A stretch of 61,014 nt of DNA, filler included, from Sphacelaria rigidula (Eukaryota), in the NCBI GenBank assembly GCA_964200075.2. It is 7 parts of 7 records of this genome, joined end to end, with 100 filler letters (N's around TTAATTAATTAA, not from the genome) between each part and the next. Parts side by side here need not be neighbours in the genome. Positions count along the whole stretch, not along the records: positions 8,732 to 17,362 come from CAXNAA020010547.1; positions 17,463 to 26,093 come from CAXNAA020010548.1; 5 more parts are not named here. One strand, written 5' to 3'. The notes beneath the pieces were generated by a model. The model had not been told where the DNA came from and did not search any database. It worked only from the letters and a program-made list of their open reading frames with translations. Numbering within the stretch: position 1 is the first letter of the stretch; every line of letters begins with the position of its first letter. Positions 12,535-25,654 of the stretch are shown here, one piece after another. Made by a program: the position numbers and the translations under genes.

Positions 12535-13143
12535 ATGACAGCGGCTACCGCCGCCGTCGCTGCCGCCGTCGCATGCCTTAGCCTAGGGACCGCCCCTCCG
12601 TGCGCAAGCGCGAGCGCCGGCGGCAGCGCCGGCGGCAGCGGCAGCGGCACCATTTTACACCACGGCGGGCGGCGGCGGGACGCACAAAGGCTAGCGGGAG
12701 CGCTACTAGGACCGGGTCAGGGACTACCGCGCAGTGGTTGCTTCGTATTGTGCGTAACCCCGACGTCTGCCGTATCCTCCGATTCAGCGGCGGGTGGCAG
12801 CGGCGCGCGGCGGCGTGCCGCGGCGATATCGAGTCTCGCGAGGGACACCGTTCGGCGTACACGAGCAGGGGCGGTATCTGGCGCCGTTCCTCTCGCGGGG
12901 TTCTTGCACCGTGGCCAGCACGGCGTTATCGGAGTCGGGGGGGAGAGGTCTGCCGGGGCGGTGGTGGGAGCGCGCGGGCTGGAGTGTAGAGCTGGTGATG
13001 GGGAGAGGTGGCGCAGCGATGTCAGCGGCGGCGGCGGTCTCGGTGGGGAGAAGCGTAACAGGATCCGGCGACTTATAGACCGAATGAGGAATGTTGCGCC
13101 ACCCAGTGCTTCTGCCGCAGAGACCATTCTTGTTGACGGTCAG
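12535..13143 (+). CDS. Probable first coding exon of a nuclear gene with an N-terminal signal-peptide-like segment (product unknown)
   Basis: GC-rich island; CAAAATGA start context; 203 open codons MTAATAAVAAAVACLSLGTAPPCASASAGG...ETILVDGQ ending at phase-0 donor CAG|GTATGG; hydrophobic N-terminus followed by an Ala/Gly/Arg/Ser-rich stretch; downstream exons not identified. Confidence 0.6.
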
Positions 13144-14574
13144 GTATGGCGAGGCGGGTTCATGTGGGTTCGCGTGGGGGCGTTGGCTGAGGCGGGGAGG
13201 GAGGATTGGAGCGGAGGATGATGGATGCAGCTTGTGGTTGTCGTGTGATGGGCTGTTCGTTTGTGCGCGCTTTGGCTCGTACTGTATCCATTTTTCGTGC
13301 CAACATTTGATAATGACATATATACATGCCGACACACATACACACATCTTGAGGAGAGAACGGGGGGCAAAAGCGAGATGATTGAAGTTCGGCAGCCGAG
13401 TGTGCTTGCTCCCTCCATGCAGTGTGTAGTCGAGAGCAAGAAAAATAGGAGATGACTGTGTTCATCGGCGAAAGATTGCAGTGCGGTACAGTGCGCTACT
13501 GTAGCGCTCTGTTCATTTGGACTGAGAATACTGTTCGTCGCGCATCACCGAGCAGAAACACGGCCCGTGCTATCTAGAGTCGAAGGTTGATGTTTTTTTT
13601 CACAAAGGTGACGGAAAGCACATACTTGGCTGCTGTGAGAAAGAAACATCGCACGATACTACGGCTGGTGCCTCGAAGCGGGTCAGTACGGGGGAGCTCG
13701 TGGCACACGTGATTGTCGGCCTTAACTCGTTGCAAATCTTGGGGCTGCCTGCGCATGTGTCCCGTTCCTTTTCCGGGGGGGGGCGAGGAAGCTAGTCTTG
13801 TGCTCATCGTTGTTCGAAAAATATGTATAGATATTGTCGCATGAGCGGCTGCGTGTCCGCTGGTGTGGCAAATGCCAATCGCTCCTATTTCGTGCCGCGT
13901 GATGCGCACGCGGCGCCAGACGCATTTGTGAGATATCCTCAATAGCCAGCCGCCACACGCTTCATGCCCCCCTCCCAGTTGGCTCGACCCCAAGCATTCG
14001 CCATGTTCACCGCAGCAGTCGCTGTTTCTGTGGCTCAAAATCTTCGAGTCTTCCTTACCAGCTCCACCCACTTCCATGCTGCCGAAGTTGGCGGTACATG
14101 TCACTGGTACGTGGTATAACACCCTCCTTAAGAGCACCTCCGGTTGTTGAGTTTTCGACTATTTTCGGCACCACCGTGTCAGTGTCCATACTACGGATTT
14201 GGAGTACGTCTGCTGTCACCTCTCACCGGGATGTAGGTTTGGGACGATATTCATGTAGTAAGCCAGGGGATTCAAATTTACGGTTGGGATTGATGAAGTG
14301 AACATCAAAGTAAGTGGCATGTGTACCGAGAGGCTGAAGTTTACAGTGTGAATGCTGTGTACTAAATAAACCACTTCCCTTTGGTGTTTGTTACCAGTGA
14401 AGTATATGCTGTTGTCTAACAGTAGTAGCAGCATGTATCGTGAATCTTGCCATCGATACTGTGCTAGGTCACATGGCACACACAAGACAGTAACTATAAT
14501 AGTGTGTTTTGTCATCCCATCTGTTTCGGACGCCAGTCTACACCTTTCGGTATATGTGGCCGCATCAGCCGTGG

Positions 14575-14855
14575 TCACACAGGAGGAAGGCCAAAACAGG
14601 ATTTTTTTTTCTTTTGTTTCAGTTCTCCACCTTCCTTGTGCGATGCTTTCCTTATTTTTGATCGAGAGAGGAGTTCAGCGGTCCCTTTCCCTCGTCGACC
14701 GTGAAGTCGCATTTCGTGTAGCCCCGACATGGTCGCTCTCTCCTGTTGGGCATGGTGTGTGATGAAATCCCAGGTCGTGTGACGTCACCGAAATTCGAAC
14801 CCACGACCCAACCGTCTAGAGGTTTCAAGGTTACCGACTGAGCCACCGGGGTGAC
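14575..14855 (-). mobile_element. tRNA-derived SINE
   Basis: Head 14855-14784: GTCACCCCGG-TGGCTCAGTCGG (A box)...GGTTCGAATTTC (B box)-GGTGAC with acceptor-like pairing but no proper anticodon arm; continues into a ~200-bp body. Confidence 0.7.
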
Positions 14856-15160
14856 AGCGTTGATAATAGTACACGCGTATCATACTGAAACGATATGCAA
14901 ACTGGAAACAGTTACCGATAGATAAACTCTGCAGCGGCGTACATCACCCCCTCCGCCCACCCTACCCCCCAAGCCACCCATTCAAGGCTGTCCTCCAGTT
15001 TTTTTCAATTGGAATCTCGGGAGAAACCATTCAATGAGTGCGGCTATCACATATGAAGAATACTCGTGATGGTTCTGGAAAGGCGGACCTACGCGTATGA
15101 CCACGGGTTCAACGAATCGGGCTAATGTGCGAAAAATATTGAAACATGATGGGGAATCTA

Positions 15161-17082
15161 TGAAAAAAGGTACACATCCTCATGATTTTCGAACAAAAAA
15201 GGGTGCCGCACTGGTCGGTTTGGAGTGCGGCACTGCACGCGGGCTGAGCACCTTGAAAACACGTTCCAACGCCTCAGCACCACGCCCAAGGTGCCTGGAC
15301 AGCATGCCCGGCCACCCTCTTTCTTCTCGACACATGACGTTAGGCTTAACTACCCCGCGGAAAAGGAGAGCCTGTTAGACTACCCTATTTTGTTTTTAAA
15401 AAAACCCGGGAGGGTACACCCGACTCGCTGCAAAAACATGATATCATGCCCCCTTTTTGTTCACGGGTGTACCCCTGTACGCACACGCCCACAACCTGTT
15501 TTGTGAGGTGGTGACCGTACCGCGGACTCCGCAGAAGATACGCCAAACATTCGCAACCATACGAGCTGGGCCGGCAGTAAATCGCACATTCTCTCTCCAT
15601 ACCACAACTTTTCAAGTTTTCCCAAATCAGCGCGACTTGAGCATATCGCTGTGAATTGAAGACTAACCTGGTAACTCACGGCACCGCCGCTGCTTGATTG
15701 GCGCAGTTTTGGCGATGATGTCGTTGTACTGCATTGAGTACCGTGTACGTCTCCAGTCGTTGCGTGACAGCGTGTCTGGAGACGTTTGGTTTCACAAAAT
15801 GTGGTGGAATTAAGATATATCGTTGCGCCGCATAAGCACACGCACACCCGACATGGCCAGGCAAGAGCACACTGGTGGTGCTGCAAGATGGCATCAAGCT
15901 CGTCATAAGCTGCATCATGGGAGAGAACCTCCGAGCCAACTGTCGTATTTCACCGCACGCGAAAGAAATACTACTTAAAACTGCGCTATACCCCCCCCAA
16001 AAGCAAGACCGTCACCAAAATATCGAGACACTTTGCAACCCGATGGTACGAGCGATTATGCACACAAAAAGCTCCTGTCGTGTCGGGATTCGAAATCGTG
16101 ACCTGTGTAATTTAAGGCTGTTGTATCAGTTTGACCACCGGGGCGCAGCCGCGTCACACGAAATGTGCGACGCGAAGCCCAATTTGAGGTATTTTTGTCT
16201 GAAACTTCATCAGGATGTCGTTGACGTGAGTGCCCGTATATGTTGTACTGTTGTCATCGTTTTTGTCCTTTTTTCAAGGAAGTTATGTAGCATTTTCCCT
16301 GTTTTTGCTTGAACCTTCAACTTGCTCTAACTTCTTTTTTCTTTCTTTCTTTTTCTCTGCTCCACTCATTGGGTTGCGCGGATTGATGATGAAAATGTCG
16401 TGTCAGAATTTCAGCGCCTAAATCTTCGAATTGCCAACAGCATCTCCACTCCTGTTCAAAAATTACTGTTGGCCAGCCTGATTTTCCACGTCGTGACGCC
16501 ACATGATGCCGTTCGGGCGTATGTATGCCGGCAAGACTTTTCAAACATGTTCCCTGGATCTTTGTGATCTCCGGCGCACGAGCCTTCGCGCCCTGGATGC
16601 ATCGTCGGATCTTCCAGGTCTGCGGGTCAACTAGTGGTGGGATACAATTTCTTGGTCGTTGGGTCTCTGCCTTTTCGGCGAAGTGTATTTTCACACAAAA
16701 AAAACTTGTATGGTTGCGACAGTCCGCGGTACGGTCACCACTTCACAAAACAGGTTATGTGCGTGAGCATACAGGGGTACATCCGTGAACAAAAAGGGGT
16801 ACCATAATATGTTCTTGCAGCGAGTCGGGTGTACCCTCCCGCTTTGTCAACAAAATGGGGTAGTCTAACAGGCTCTCCTTTTCCGCGGCGTGGTTGAGCC
16901 TAACGCCATGTGTCGATAAAAAAGAAGATGGTCGGGCATGCTGCCCAGGCACCATGGGCGCGGTGCCGAGGCGCTGGAACGTGTTTTCGAGGTGCTCAGC
17001 CCGCGTGCAGCGCCGCGCCCCAAACCGACCAGTGCGGTACCCTTTTTTGTTTGAAAATCATGAGAATGTGTACCCTTTTTAA
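15161..17082. mobile_element. Long-TIR (~370 bp) non-autonomous DNA transposon, TA flanks, ~1.2 kb degenerate interior
   Basis: 15161-~15530 is the reverse complement of ~16720-17082 (TA|TGAAAAAAGGTACACATCCTCATGATTTTC ... GAAAATCATGAGAATGTGTACCCTTTTTAA|TA). Confidence 0.9.
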
Positions 17083-17111
17083 TACATTTCCAAACAAGAA
17101 TTATTATTTGT

Positions 17112-17256
17112 GCGACTCGCCAAACACATCATGGTGCTTCGCGCTTGGTGATCGCGAGCCTGATCCGGCGAGAGCAAGGCGTCCTCCGTCCCGGCTTTGA
17201 GTGACTGGATGCGAGGTCAATGGTCTTATGATTACGGCATACAAAATCATGATTAC

Positions 17257-17295
<39 letters not shown>
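17112..17295 (+). mobile_element. 5'-truncated copy of C-tailed SINE-like family B
   Basis: CTCCGTCCCGGCTTTG..GGATGCGAGGTCAATGGTC..ATCATGATTACA followed by a long C-run from 17258; homologous to copies at 38129 and 40947. Confidence 0.8.
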
Positions 17296-17296
<1 letters not shown>

Positions 17297-17462
17297 ACCT
17301 CCTCCCTTCCTCCCCCCCCCCCACGGCCCACCAGCACTCACCTCAACCCCCAACAAACCCAANNNNNNNNNNNNNNNNNNNNNNNNNNNNNNNNNNNNNN
17401 NNNNNNTTAATTAATTAANNNNNNNNNNNNNNNNNNNNNNNNNNNNNNNNNNNNNNNNNNNN

Positions 17463-19162
17463 TCGGCGGTCCGCCGTCCACGAGTCCTACTCGAAATCAA
17501 ATCTCGAACTTGAACTGGTAAGACGGAGTCAGCAAAGGACGGTTCTACACCTGCTGCGAAAACCATGCGCTGGCCAGTTGCACGAAAATGATCATAACCA
17601 ACAGTATTCGTAGACAGTCCATTCCAAACTGAGTACAACGATTGAGGTTGCAAGCTGCCTAGAACTGATGCGTGGGCTGTGGTCGTTAGCCCACCCATGC
17701 CTAAAGCCGGCGTTTCTCGCAGTGAAAGTGGTGTGTAGAGACCTCTATGTCCATTCCTGCTTATGAAATATACAATGTCTTCGGTGGGATCGGTGATATG
17801 TCCCATGGCGGATTCATCGATAGGTTGAGCTGGTGTGGGGAGGCGTGACAGGAAGTCGGCGTTTGCATTCTGGGGACCTGTGCGGTACTTCAGTTGAAAA
17901 TTGTAAGACGACAGGATTTTGAACCAGCGTTGGACCCTAGCGTTGTGTTCCGCCATTTTGGCAAGGGTTTCCAAAGACTTGTGGTCGGTATAAATAAAAA
18001 ACGGGATGTCATACAAATACTGACGCAGACGTCGCACGCCCTAAACAACTGCACCGGCCTCTTGTTCCATGACAGACCAACTCTGTTCATTCGGAAAAGT
18101 GGTGCGACTCAGATAGACAATGGGACGAACAGTAGCATCGACTTGCTCTTGTTCTAATGTGCAGCCAAACCCAATTTTGGAAGAATCTGTGTGGAGCCGG
18201 AAAGGGCGGGAACCCTGCTCCGCGGCCGACCAGTCGGGGAAGACGAGAATCGGCGGGCGCGACAGGGTGTCAAGGAGGCGGCGGACGGTTTTTTCCATTT
18301 CCAATGTGAACACAAATTTCACCCCTTTTTTGAGGAGGGTGGTGAGGGGGTTTAGCTTTTGGGCAAGGTTTGGCAAGTATCGTCTGTAGTAGCTTAGACC
18401 TCCCAACAAGGAACGCAGTTGAGAAATGTCCCGTGGCATGGGCATATCGGAGAGTGCGACGACCTTGTCGAGGTTTGGGCTACGACCTTCGGGGGTGATG
18501 CAATGACCCAAGAACTCAATCTTCGTGGCGCCAATGCGGGATTTGGAGGGGGCGAGTTTCAAGTTGTGTTGTTCAAACCGTTCGAAGAATGATGCCAACT
18601 GTTCGATGTGTTCGGCCGGTGTGGAGTCGTGGCACACCGCATCATCAAGGTACATATGGCATTTGGGCAATCCATCAGTTACACGGGACATCACACGTTG
18701 AAACGCACCTGGAGCTCCGGCGGCACCTTGTGGTGTAACCAACCACCCGTACAAACCTGATGGCGTGCAAAATGCTGTCAGTTCAATGGAATTGGGATCC
18801 ATCACAAGCTGGTGGTAGCCGGACTGCATGTCAAAGTTCGAAAATAATTTAACCGCGCCAAGAGAGTCAATAATTTCATCAATCCGTGGAAGTGGCAGCC
18901 GGGCGATTTTGGTGACAGCGTTCAATCGTTGATAATTGACCGTCAGTCTGATTTTTCCATTCTTCTTACGGACGACTACTAAAGGCGAGGCCAACGGAGA
19001 CGTCGAGTGCCGAATCAAACCGGCGGATAAGTAACCATCGAGAATTACCTGGATCTTATCCGCTAAGACGGGGTTCGTACAGTACGGACGCATAGCGATA
19101 GGCGGAGTGCCATGAGGAATCTTGATCTTGAACGGTGTCGTGGTACATCGACCTAGATCCAA
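17463..19162 (-). pseudogene. pol: Gypsy reverse transcriptase-RNase H (element 1)
   Basis: ASPLVVVRKKNGKIRLTVNYQRLN, FDMQSGYHQ, PQGAAGAPGAFQ, YLDD, FLGH; RNase H LHTDSS..EQEAGAVV*..YTDHKSL, NANADFLSR; in-frame TAG at 18041-18043. Confidence 0.95.
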
Positions 19163-19671
19163 GGGTGCAGTAGAAAACCGTTCAGAAGACTAATCAAGAT
19201 GGATCTCAGTCTATCGATTACAGTGGGTGTCCAACCATTGCCAGATAGATGAAACAAAATATGCCGCAAGTGAGGGAGAATATAATCCCACAACTTTTGA
19301 AAACTAGCGCGTTGTTCTGGAGAAAATCTATCCAGTAATGCAGCTGGAGGTTGAGGGTCAGGCGCATCCGGTGGATTTGTCACCACCATGGGGTCAGGCA
19401 TGTGTAGCGGACGGGGGCCCGTGGATTTCGGGGGGTCGGTGGGCGACTTGTTATTCGCCGGTGGGCACACATCTGATAGGGCGGTTCGTATGAGAGGCGC
19501 TTGAGCATAACCCAACAACTGACAGTTGAGTATATCGAAACATGCCGGGGGCGTGAGGTGAATGGCCTGCCTACCTTCGTGGACAAAGACTTTGATCTGT
19601 TCAAACGGACCAACCTGTGCTTGGTCAGGTTCGAGCAATTCGACCAAATAATGTCCTGTCAGGGCGGGCGA

Positions 19672-20661
19672 TCAATTGCGTCTCACGAGGTTCACTTGGA
19701 TAAGTTGAGGTTCACGAGAAAGCGAGATTACCGGTTCACCAACATAGTATAGACGGACAGCATTGCCTGTTTTCGTGAGGCCATCCTCATAAGCATGAGC
19801 TCCCGAATCAGTGTCGAAGTGACCCAGTGACAGATTGCCTGTGACTGGACGGTTCGGGACAGGTGTGTCCGTCGTATACGTTTGTGTGGAAAAACGAAGC
19901 CAGCTATCTCGACCCAACAAAACATCAAAAGACATGGAACCGTCGGGCACAATTAGTGCCCATACGGACAACCGAGCAGTGGCAGTAGTATCCTGGTAGA
20001 ATTGTACATCTAATCTCACCGATTGATTGACCGTAAGAGATGTGGAGGTACCAAACCCACCAAAAAGACGAGGGTGCACGGTGGACAGACAATGCTTGTC
20101 CGCCGCGCCCGCGTTGATCATTTGTTGCCAGCAGCTGGCTGTAATGAACATTTGAGGTAAACCAGAGTCTGGTAGTGCAAGAGCTATCAAATGACAGTTT
20201 GCACGCGCTCCACTATGTAAACCTCTCTTGGTCGTAAAATAAGCATCATCCATAGTTGCAATACCACTGACGAGATCGGGCCCCAATTCGGGTGAAACAT
20301 CTGACACATCCTGCTTTGCGTTTTGAACAATAGTACTGAAATACACCCGCTGATGATTCTGTGGGGCAATATTTTGGTCGGAAGGATGGTGCGTGCATGG
20401 AGTGGCCGTGTTTGTGCCTGGAATATTTGTCTCATCAGTCGAAGGTTGAATATCATGTACTGCAACGGAGGGGCGATGCCAGGGAAGGGCAGTTGTCGTG
20501 GGTGGACCCGACAACTGATCTGTGCGTGATGTGTCACCCTTATTGGCCAACAGAGGGGACGAACCGTCATTGTTCAAATCGGAATCAATTAAATTATCCA
20601 GCTTGGTCGGAACAGGGGACGATTCATCGGGGCGCGGTGTTGAGTTTGATACGCCAATCAA
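19672..20661 (-). pseudogene. Retroviral-type aspartic protease region (element 1)
   Basis: ALPDSG catalytic-like motif at ~20161-20178 and FDVLLGRDSW C-terminal motif; lies upstream of RT. Confidence 0.8.
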
Positions 20662-21976
20662 CTCAATACCATCACTAGTGAGGCCAACATGGGAGGTTTT
20701 GGAGACGATTCGTCAGGACGCGGGGTTGGTAAAGCTGTACTGTTCAACCCGGAGTCTATTAAGGGGACCAACGTGGGCGAGTCAGGAGACGAGTCGTCTT
20801 GCGTAACACTTTGTTTGCCTGGTGACGAACACACGATTGAGGTGCCTTCATGACTAGGATGCGAACGTCCATGAGTCGGCGAAGTCTCGGTCCCTACAGA
20901 CGGCAACGCTTCATCGGAAATGGGTTCTAACGTAGTGCACGAGGGGTGGTCAGGGAGAAGTAACGATCTGTTCGAAATCCGGGAAGTACCGGCCTGTTCC
21001 ACTCTGAGGTTTTCATCTGTCTGAGCCCACACGCAATCTCCTCCTTGGAGTTCACGTGCGCTTGCTACATCAGGGTTATCTACATCATCATCTGGAAAAG
21101 CCCGCCAAGGGTGACGCGTATAGCGCACGAAAGGGTCGGCGGCTCCAGGAGCTATTGAAATGAGTTCTTGGACAGTCAAACCTAGGTCACGCTCTTGGCG
21201 CACCATCTGAGTCGCTGTCACTTGGGGTTTCACTCCAACCCGCTGAGCGACGGAAAGCATGGGTTCTTTGTGGTTGCGACCCTTCAAGGAATAATTTCGC
21301 TCATCAAAATAAAGGGGAACCGGGTACCGTGGTTTTTGCGGAACTCGGTAAGGTGGTTAGCCGGGCACTTGAGCAGTTGGGGGGTGCTTGAGTGTGTGGC
21401 TTTGAATTTTGTGTTCTCCGATGAACAGTCGAAGCAGCAGCGTCTATCGTACCAAAAGATATTTCGGCTCCTGATGCGTGAGAAACTGCACTACATGACT
21501 TCCTCTCCTTCGAAGCGAGGGGATTCGATTGAATATGATTAGTACCTGATGACTGTAAAACTGGGTGATCAAATCCAGAATTAAAACGTTGGGTTTGGTC
21601 ACTGCTCAATTGATAGCCATGCAACGGTGCACGGGCTTCGACTGTCTTGGAACCCTTCAAGGCAGTGTCAGCATATCCAGGGAACCCACACGACATGGTT
21701 GAACCCGCGGTGGCCACCGTTGATTCACGTGTGTGATGTTTGTGACCTGGCCGAGCGAAAGAAAATTATTGGGTACTTCTGCGGTGATTTACCGGCAAAC
21801 GTTGATTCCTAATTGTGGGATCGTGCCAACGATTGGGGAACAAACGGTCGTCAGAAGTATAAAATGAACGGGCATGTGGTGGCGCCCAGGTTTTTGGATC
21901 AGCCACACGTCCTGTGTTACCCCCACTGATTGCTGCTCGGAAACGCGGGGGCTTGGTAAACGTTTCCAGAAAACGG

Positions 21977-24900
21977 TCAAGTTGTGCGGTGAGCATCAGG
22001 GGTGGGTTGTTGGGCGTCTTCCTGGCGTGGGGGACCCGTAGGACTAGGTGCAATTATCAGTGGTCGTCTTACGTCTTGTGGTTGTACCTGGTTCTGCGGT
22101 TGAGAGTTTTCCGGGTCAGACTGTGTTAGACGAAGCGCCGAGTCCGGGGGCCGTGTCTTGTAGTGCGCTGTTTGGTACTGCGGGTTTTGGTAGCGGGAAC
22201 CGTTACCATAAAAGCGGCTACCCCGTCTAGGGCGGTTGTTTTGGCCTCGCGTGTCGCCCGATTGAGGGCGGCGGTATGAACGCATACGTGCTTGCCAAGT
22301 TGGCCAGCACGATGCATATTGCGGATCGTGGAATATGTTATTCAAGACGCCGAATGTGTTCACAAACGGTGCCTCGCAGGTGCGCATGGAGTGGATGGGA
22401 ACTCTGTCGTCGGCGGAGTACCCAGTTTGTCCATCGAACCATATTACGCAATTGAGACATTTGTCCTTACACTCACGGATAAGCTCGTTACGGATGTTGG
22501 GTTCAACGTCGCGGGCCCAGAGGGGGGGGGTCGTGGTTGTTCATGGAGGTGCTCACGTCGAACACCTCCGGTCAAATTTCGTTGACGAAGGGCCAGCTTG
22601 GAAATCGACGAGCAAATGCATCTAGTACTTGAACCTGGGCGGTCAGCATGACTTCCCCTGCAGAAGTCATTGAGTCGGGTATCCACGCCGGCTGACTCGA
22701 TTTCTTGCTGGATTGCGTTCGTGACGCAGGGGTAACTGGAGTGGGGAGAGGTTCCTGACTAATTCCCTGCGTACCGTGTTGGCTAAGTGCCGAAGTGGTG
22801 CCGTCCTGTCTTACTCTTATCGACTCGACAGCCTGTGTCCGATTCGTACGCAACCCATCGAGTCGACTCCAAATTTCGTCGAGATTTGCGAATGGTACTG
22901 CCGTAGTAGCTGCATCACCCACAAAAACACTCGGCATTAGACTAGGGTACTGTCGCCCCATACTGGAACGAAAGAGAGACATTACCATCTCGTTGGTCGG
23001 GGCTAGTTCACGCCTGCCATCCACGGTGACCGAAAGTAGAGTGCAAAAATCCTTCAAGTATTGATCGAAAGGAGTGTTCACGGGAACGTTGAAGATGAGT
23101 AATCTCTCAATAGATTCTCCTTCGTAGTTGGTGTCAAGCGACGAGCTCAGCAACCGTTACAAAATTGTGAACGCCTCGTTCCCACCGGCGCCCTTGTTGA
23201 GGGCGCGCGACACTTGGTCGAAATGCGCATCGCACATTGCAGTAATTTTGGAGGATTGCAAGGAGTTGAGGTCAATCGCCTGCTCTAGTGCCCGATGCAA
23301 CGGGCGGCTCCACCCACGGACCCACTCGCTGCTTTCGAGGCTGACAAAATTTGGGTCGCAAATGGCGAGAATATCGCTCAACACATTCTCGAGCGATGAC
23401 CTCAACTGACTGCAGTTGAGGCTTGCGTTGGATCCTACAATGAAAGGCAACCAGGGGTTTACCTTACCTACACTCTCGATGTTAAGGTCCAGATAAGCTC
23501 GTCGGATGCTGGAGGCGTCGCTGCGGGTTGTGTGGGGTGGTGCAGATTGAGTTTGTGCCCGTGTCTCCGTGTTGGATAGATCACTCTCCTTCTTTACTCC
23601 CACCAAAACCTGTTTTTTCTCGGTTTTGGCTGGCTTGCCTTCCTCTTCCTCTTTCAAGAGGGAGTGACGTTGCTTAGCAATGGTGGAAGACAGAGGTAAA
23701 AAGTCGGAGAGTGTGTGCAGATTGTCGGTTAAAGCGGATCTGGTCATTGTAGCGGGATGAACCGTGGCTGTCTGTGTCACTGCCGTCGGTACTCGACGCG
23801 TGGGATTTGAAGCGCGCGGATTGTTTCCGGGTCCGCGCATGTTTGGTTTGAACGCTACCGCCGCTAAATATACCTGTCTTTTTGCCCGCAGTCTGCCATT
23901 CTGCGTCAACGCGTAGAGCGTGTTTTGCAATGCGTTGCCCATCATCCTCAAAGTTCTGATCCCGTGTGCCGCTTGCGTGGTCCAAGTTGTTTTGGGGTGG
24001 TTGAGAATAGATCATTTTGCGAACTTCCTCGACGTCACGGAACATGGTTATGAGGGGCTTGACATACTCATGTTGGATCTGCGTGGTGGTGTGGTCGGGG
24101 TGGGGTTGAGATTGCACACATCTTACCACTCCCGCAAGTGTGACAGTCTCGCGGTTGTTGGCGAACCAGGCAAGCAGGCTCTTGGCCTTCTCACAAATCG
24201 GGTCAGCGAGGTGATGCGCCTGAAATGTGTAACGCACCAAGTCAGCTGGTTCGTCGACAAAAGACGCGGGAGGGATAGTCAACAAGTGTGCGATACCAGA
24301 CAAATCTAGTGTAGACGGATCTGGGTCCTGCAACCGTCATGGTGCAGGGGATGGTCCTACATGAGTCGAGCCCTTTGCTGCCATCGCGTACGATGGGTTA
24401 GCGTGTGGAACGATGTTGGTGCGTGGGTGGGGGGGGTGGAGGGAGGGGGAGATTGTTGACGGGCGCCTACAGGCTGATACGTGGACATAGGACGGTCATG
24501 TGTTGGGACCGCTGTAAGAACCTACTGTGGGGGGCGGGGTAGTCCCGTGGGGAGAGGGGAGTCTGTATGTGATTCAGTCCTAAATACTGGGTTGGTGATA
24601 TGAGTGACCTTGGATGAAGTTTTCCGTTCATCTATGGTTGAGGAGGGGTCGACATTCAGGAGGCGGAGGCGTCTCAGTTGTTCGTCCAAACCTGACTGTG
24701 ATACCGAGAGCGGGCTGTTGCTTGCTCAGATTGCAAACTGTGCGAGCGCTGGGCCTGTTCCAACTGTAACTGTGCAGTCCAAACAGCTTTTGCCGATTGG
24801 CGCAACACTTTATCCTGTTTGCTCTGTTGCAGAGCAAGGGCCTGTCGCTGGTTTTCAACATCACGCTGGGTACGTATCAGGAGTTGACTACGCTCAAAAT

Positions 24901-25654
24901 TTTGGCGCCTACCGCGCTCTGCTTTGGCCTTATCGGCCTGTAGGAACATGGAGTCCCAGTATTCTGCCTGTACAGTAGGCGTCCACTGTCCCCACAAATG
25001 AGGTGGGATGGCGTCGGACCAAGAGTGCTGGAATTGGTTTTTCGTTTTGTCCCTCACCTTTTTGGGGGGGCGCGTACTGTTGTTGCTTGTGTTTGAGATA
25101 CTATCGACTGTCGCAAGAGGAGCAGTGTCCAAATCAGGGTTTAGACCTACAGGAAGGATCGTTGAGTAAGGGACCGACGGCTGGTCAACGTCTAGAGTGG
25201 CTGACGGATGGGGTGTGTTACTGTTGTCAGCAGTCACATCCATGGGAGCCAAAGGGGGGACAATTCCCGCATCTATGTCAGGTGCCTCGGTGGGAGTTCG
25301 ACCGTCTACGAATCCACGTACTCCTATTTCCCGATCGTTGACGTCCATGTTACCAGACCTGGTGTTTTGGTTCTCGCCCGGGGTGTCACCGTCCGTGATT
25401 AGATCTTGGGCAGGTGAACCCGGCGTGCGTGCGATATCGGACATGATTTCTGTGCCCGGGGAGGTACGTGATATAGGCAACGTGGAAATCAAAAGTTTGA
25501 TCAAGGATCGGGGCGTCGTACATAAATCCAGGAATGTTGGCCGAAGTTGATGGCTAGGTTTTCGGTTCGTCGGTATCGGAGGGATACGAAAGCTCTGCCC
25601 TAGTTGTGAGTTACCTGCTGCGGTGTTGGTACGGTCGGGTGTGTGTAGAGACAA
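21977..25654 (-). pseudogene. gag: Long fragmented gag-like region (element 1)
   Basis: Co-oriented ORF chain 24674..25654, 23674..24333, 23157..23951, 22572..23153, 21977..22387; zinc-knuckle-like CLNC-x18-HSMRTC; TGA at 22572 and an extra base in the G9 run at ~22522-22530. Confidence 0.7.

Noticed and set aside
14784-14855. Functional tRNA genes (also 55844-55912 and ~50485-50550)
   Set aside because: A/B boxes are present but cloverleafs are incomplete and run into repeat bodies; interpreted as SINE heads
17197-17418. Poly-Pro/poly-Gly ORFs (also 43228-43906)
   Set aside because: Translations of C/G homopolymer tails and low-quality contig ends
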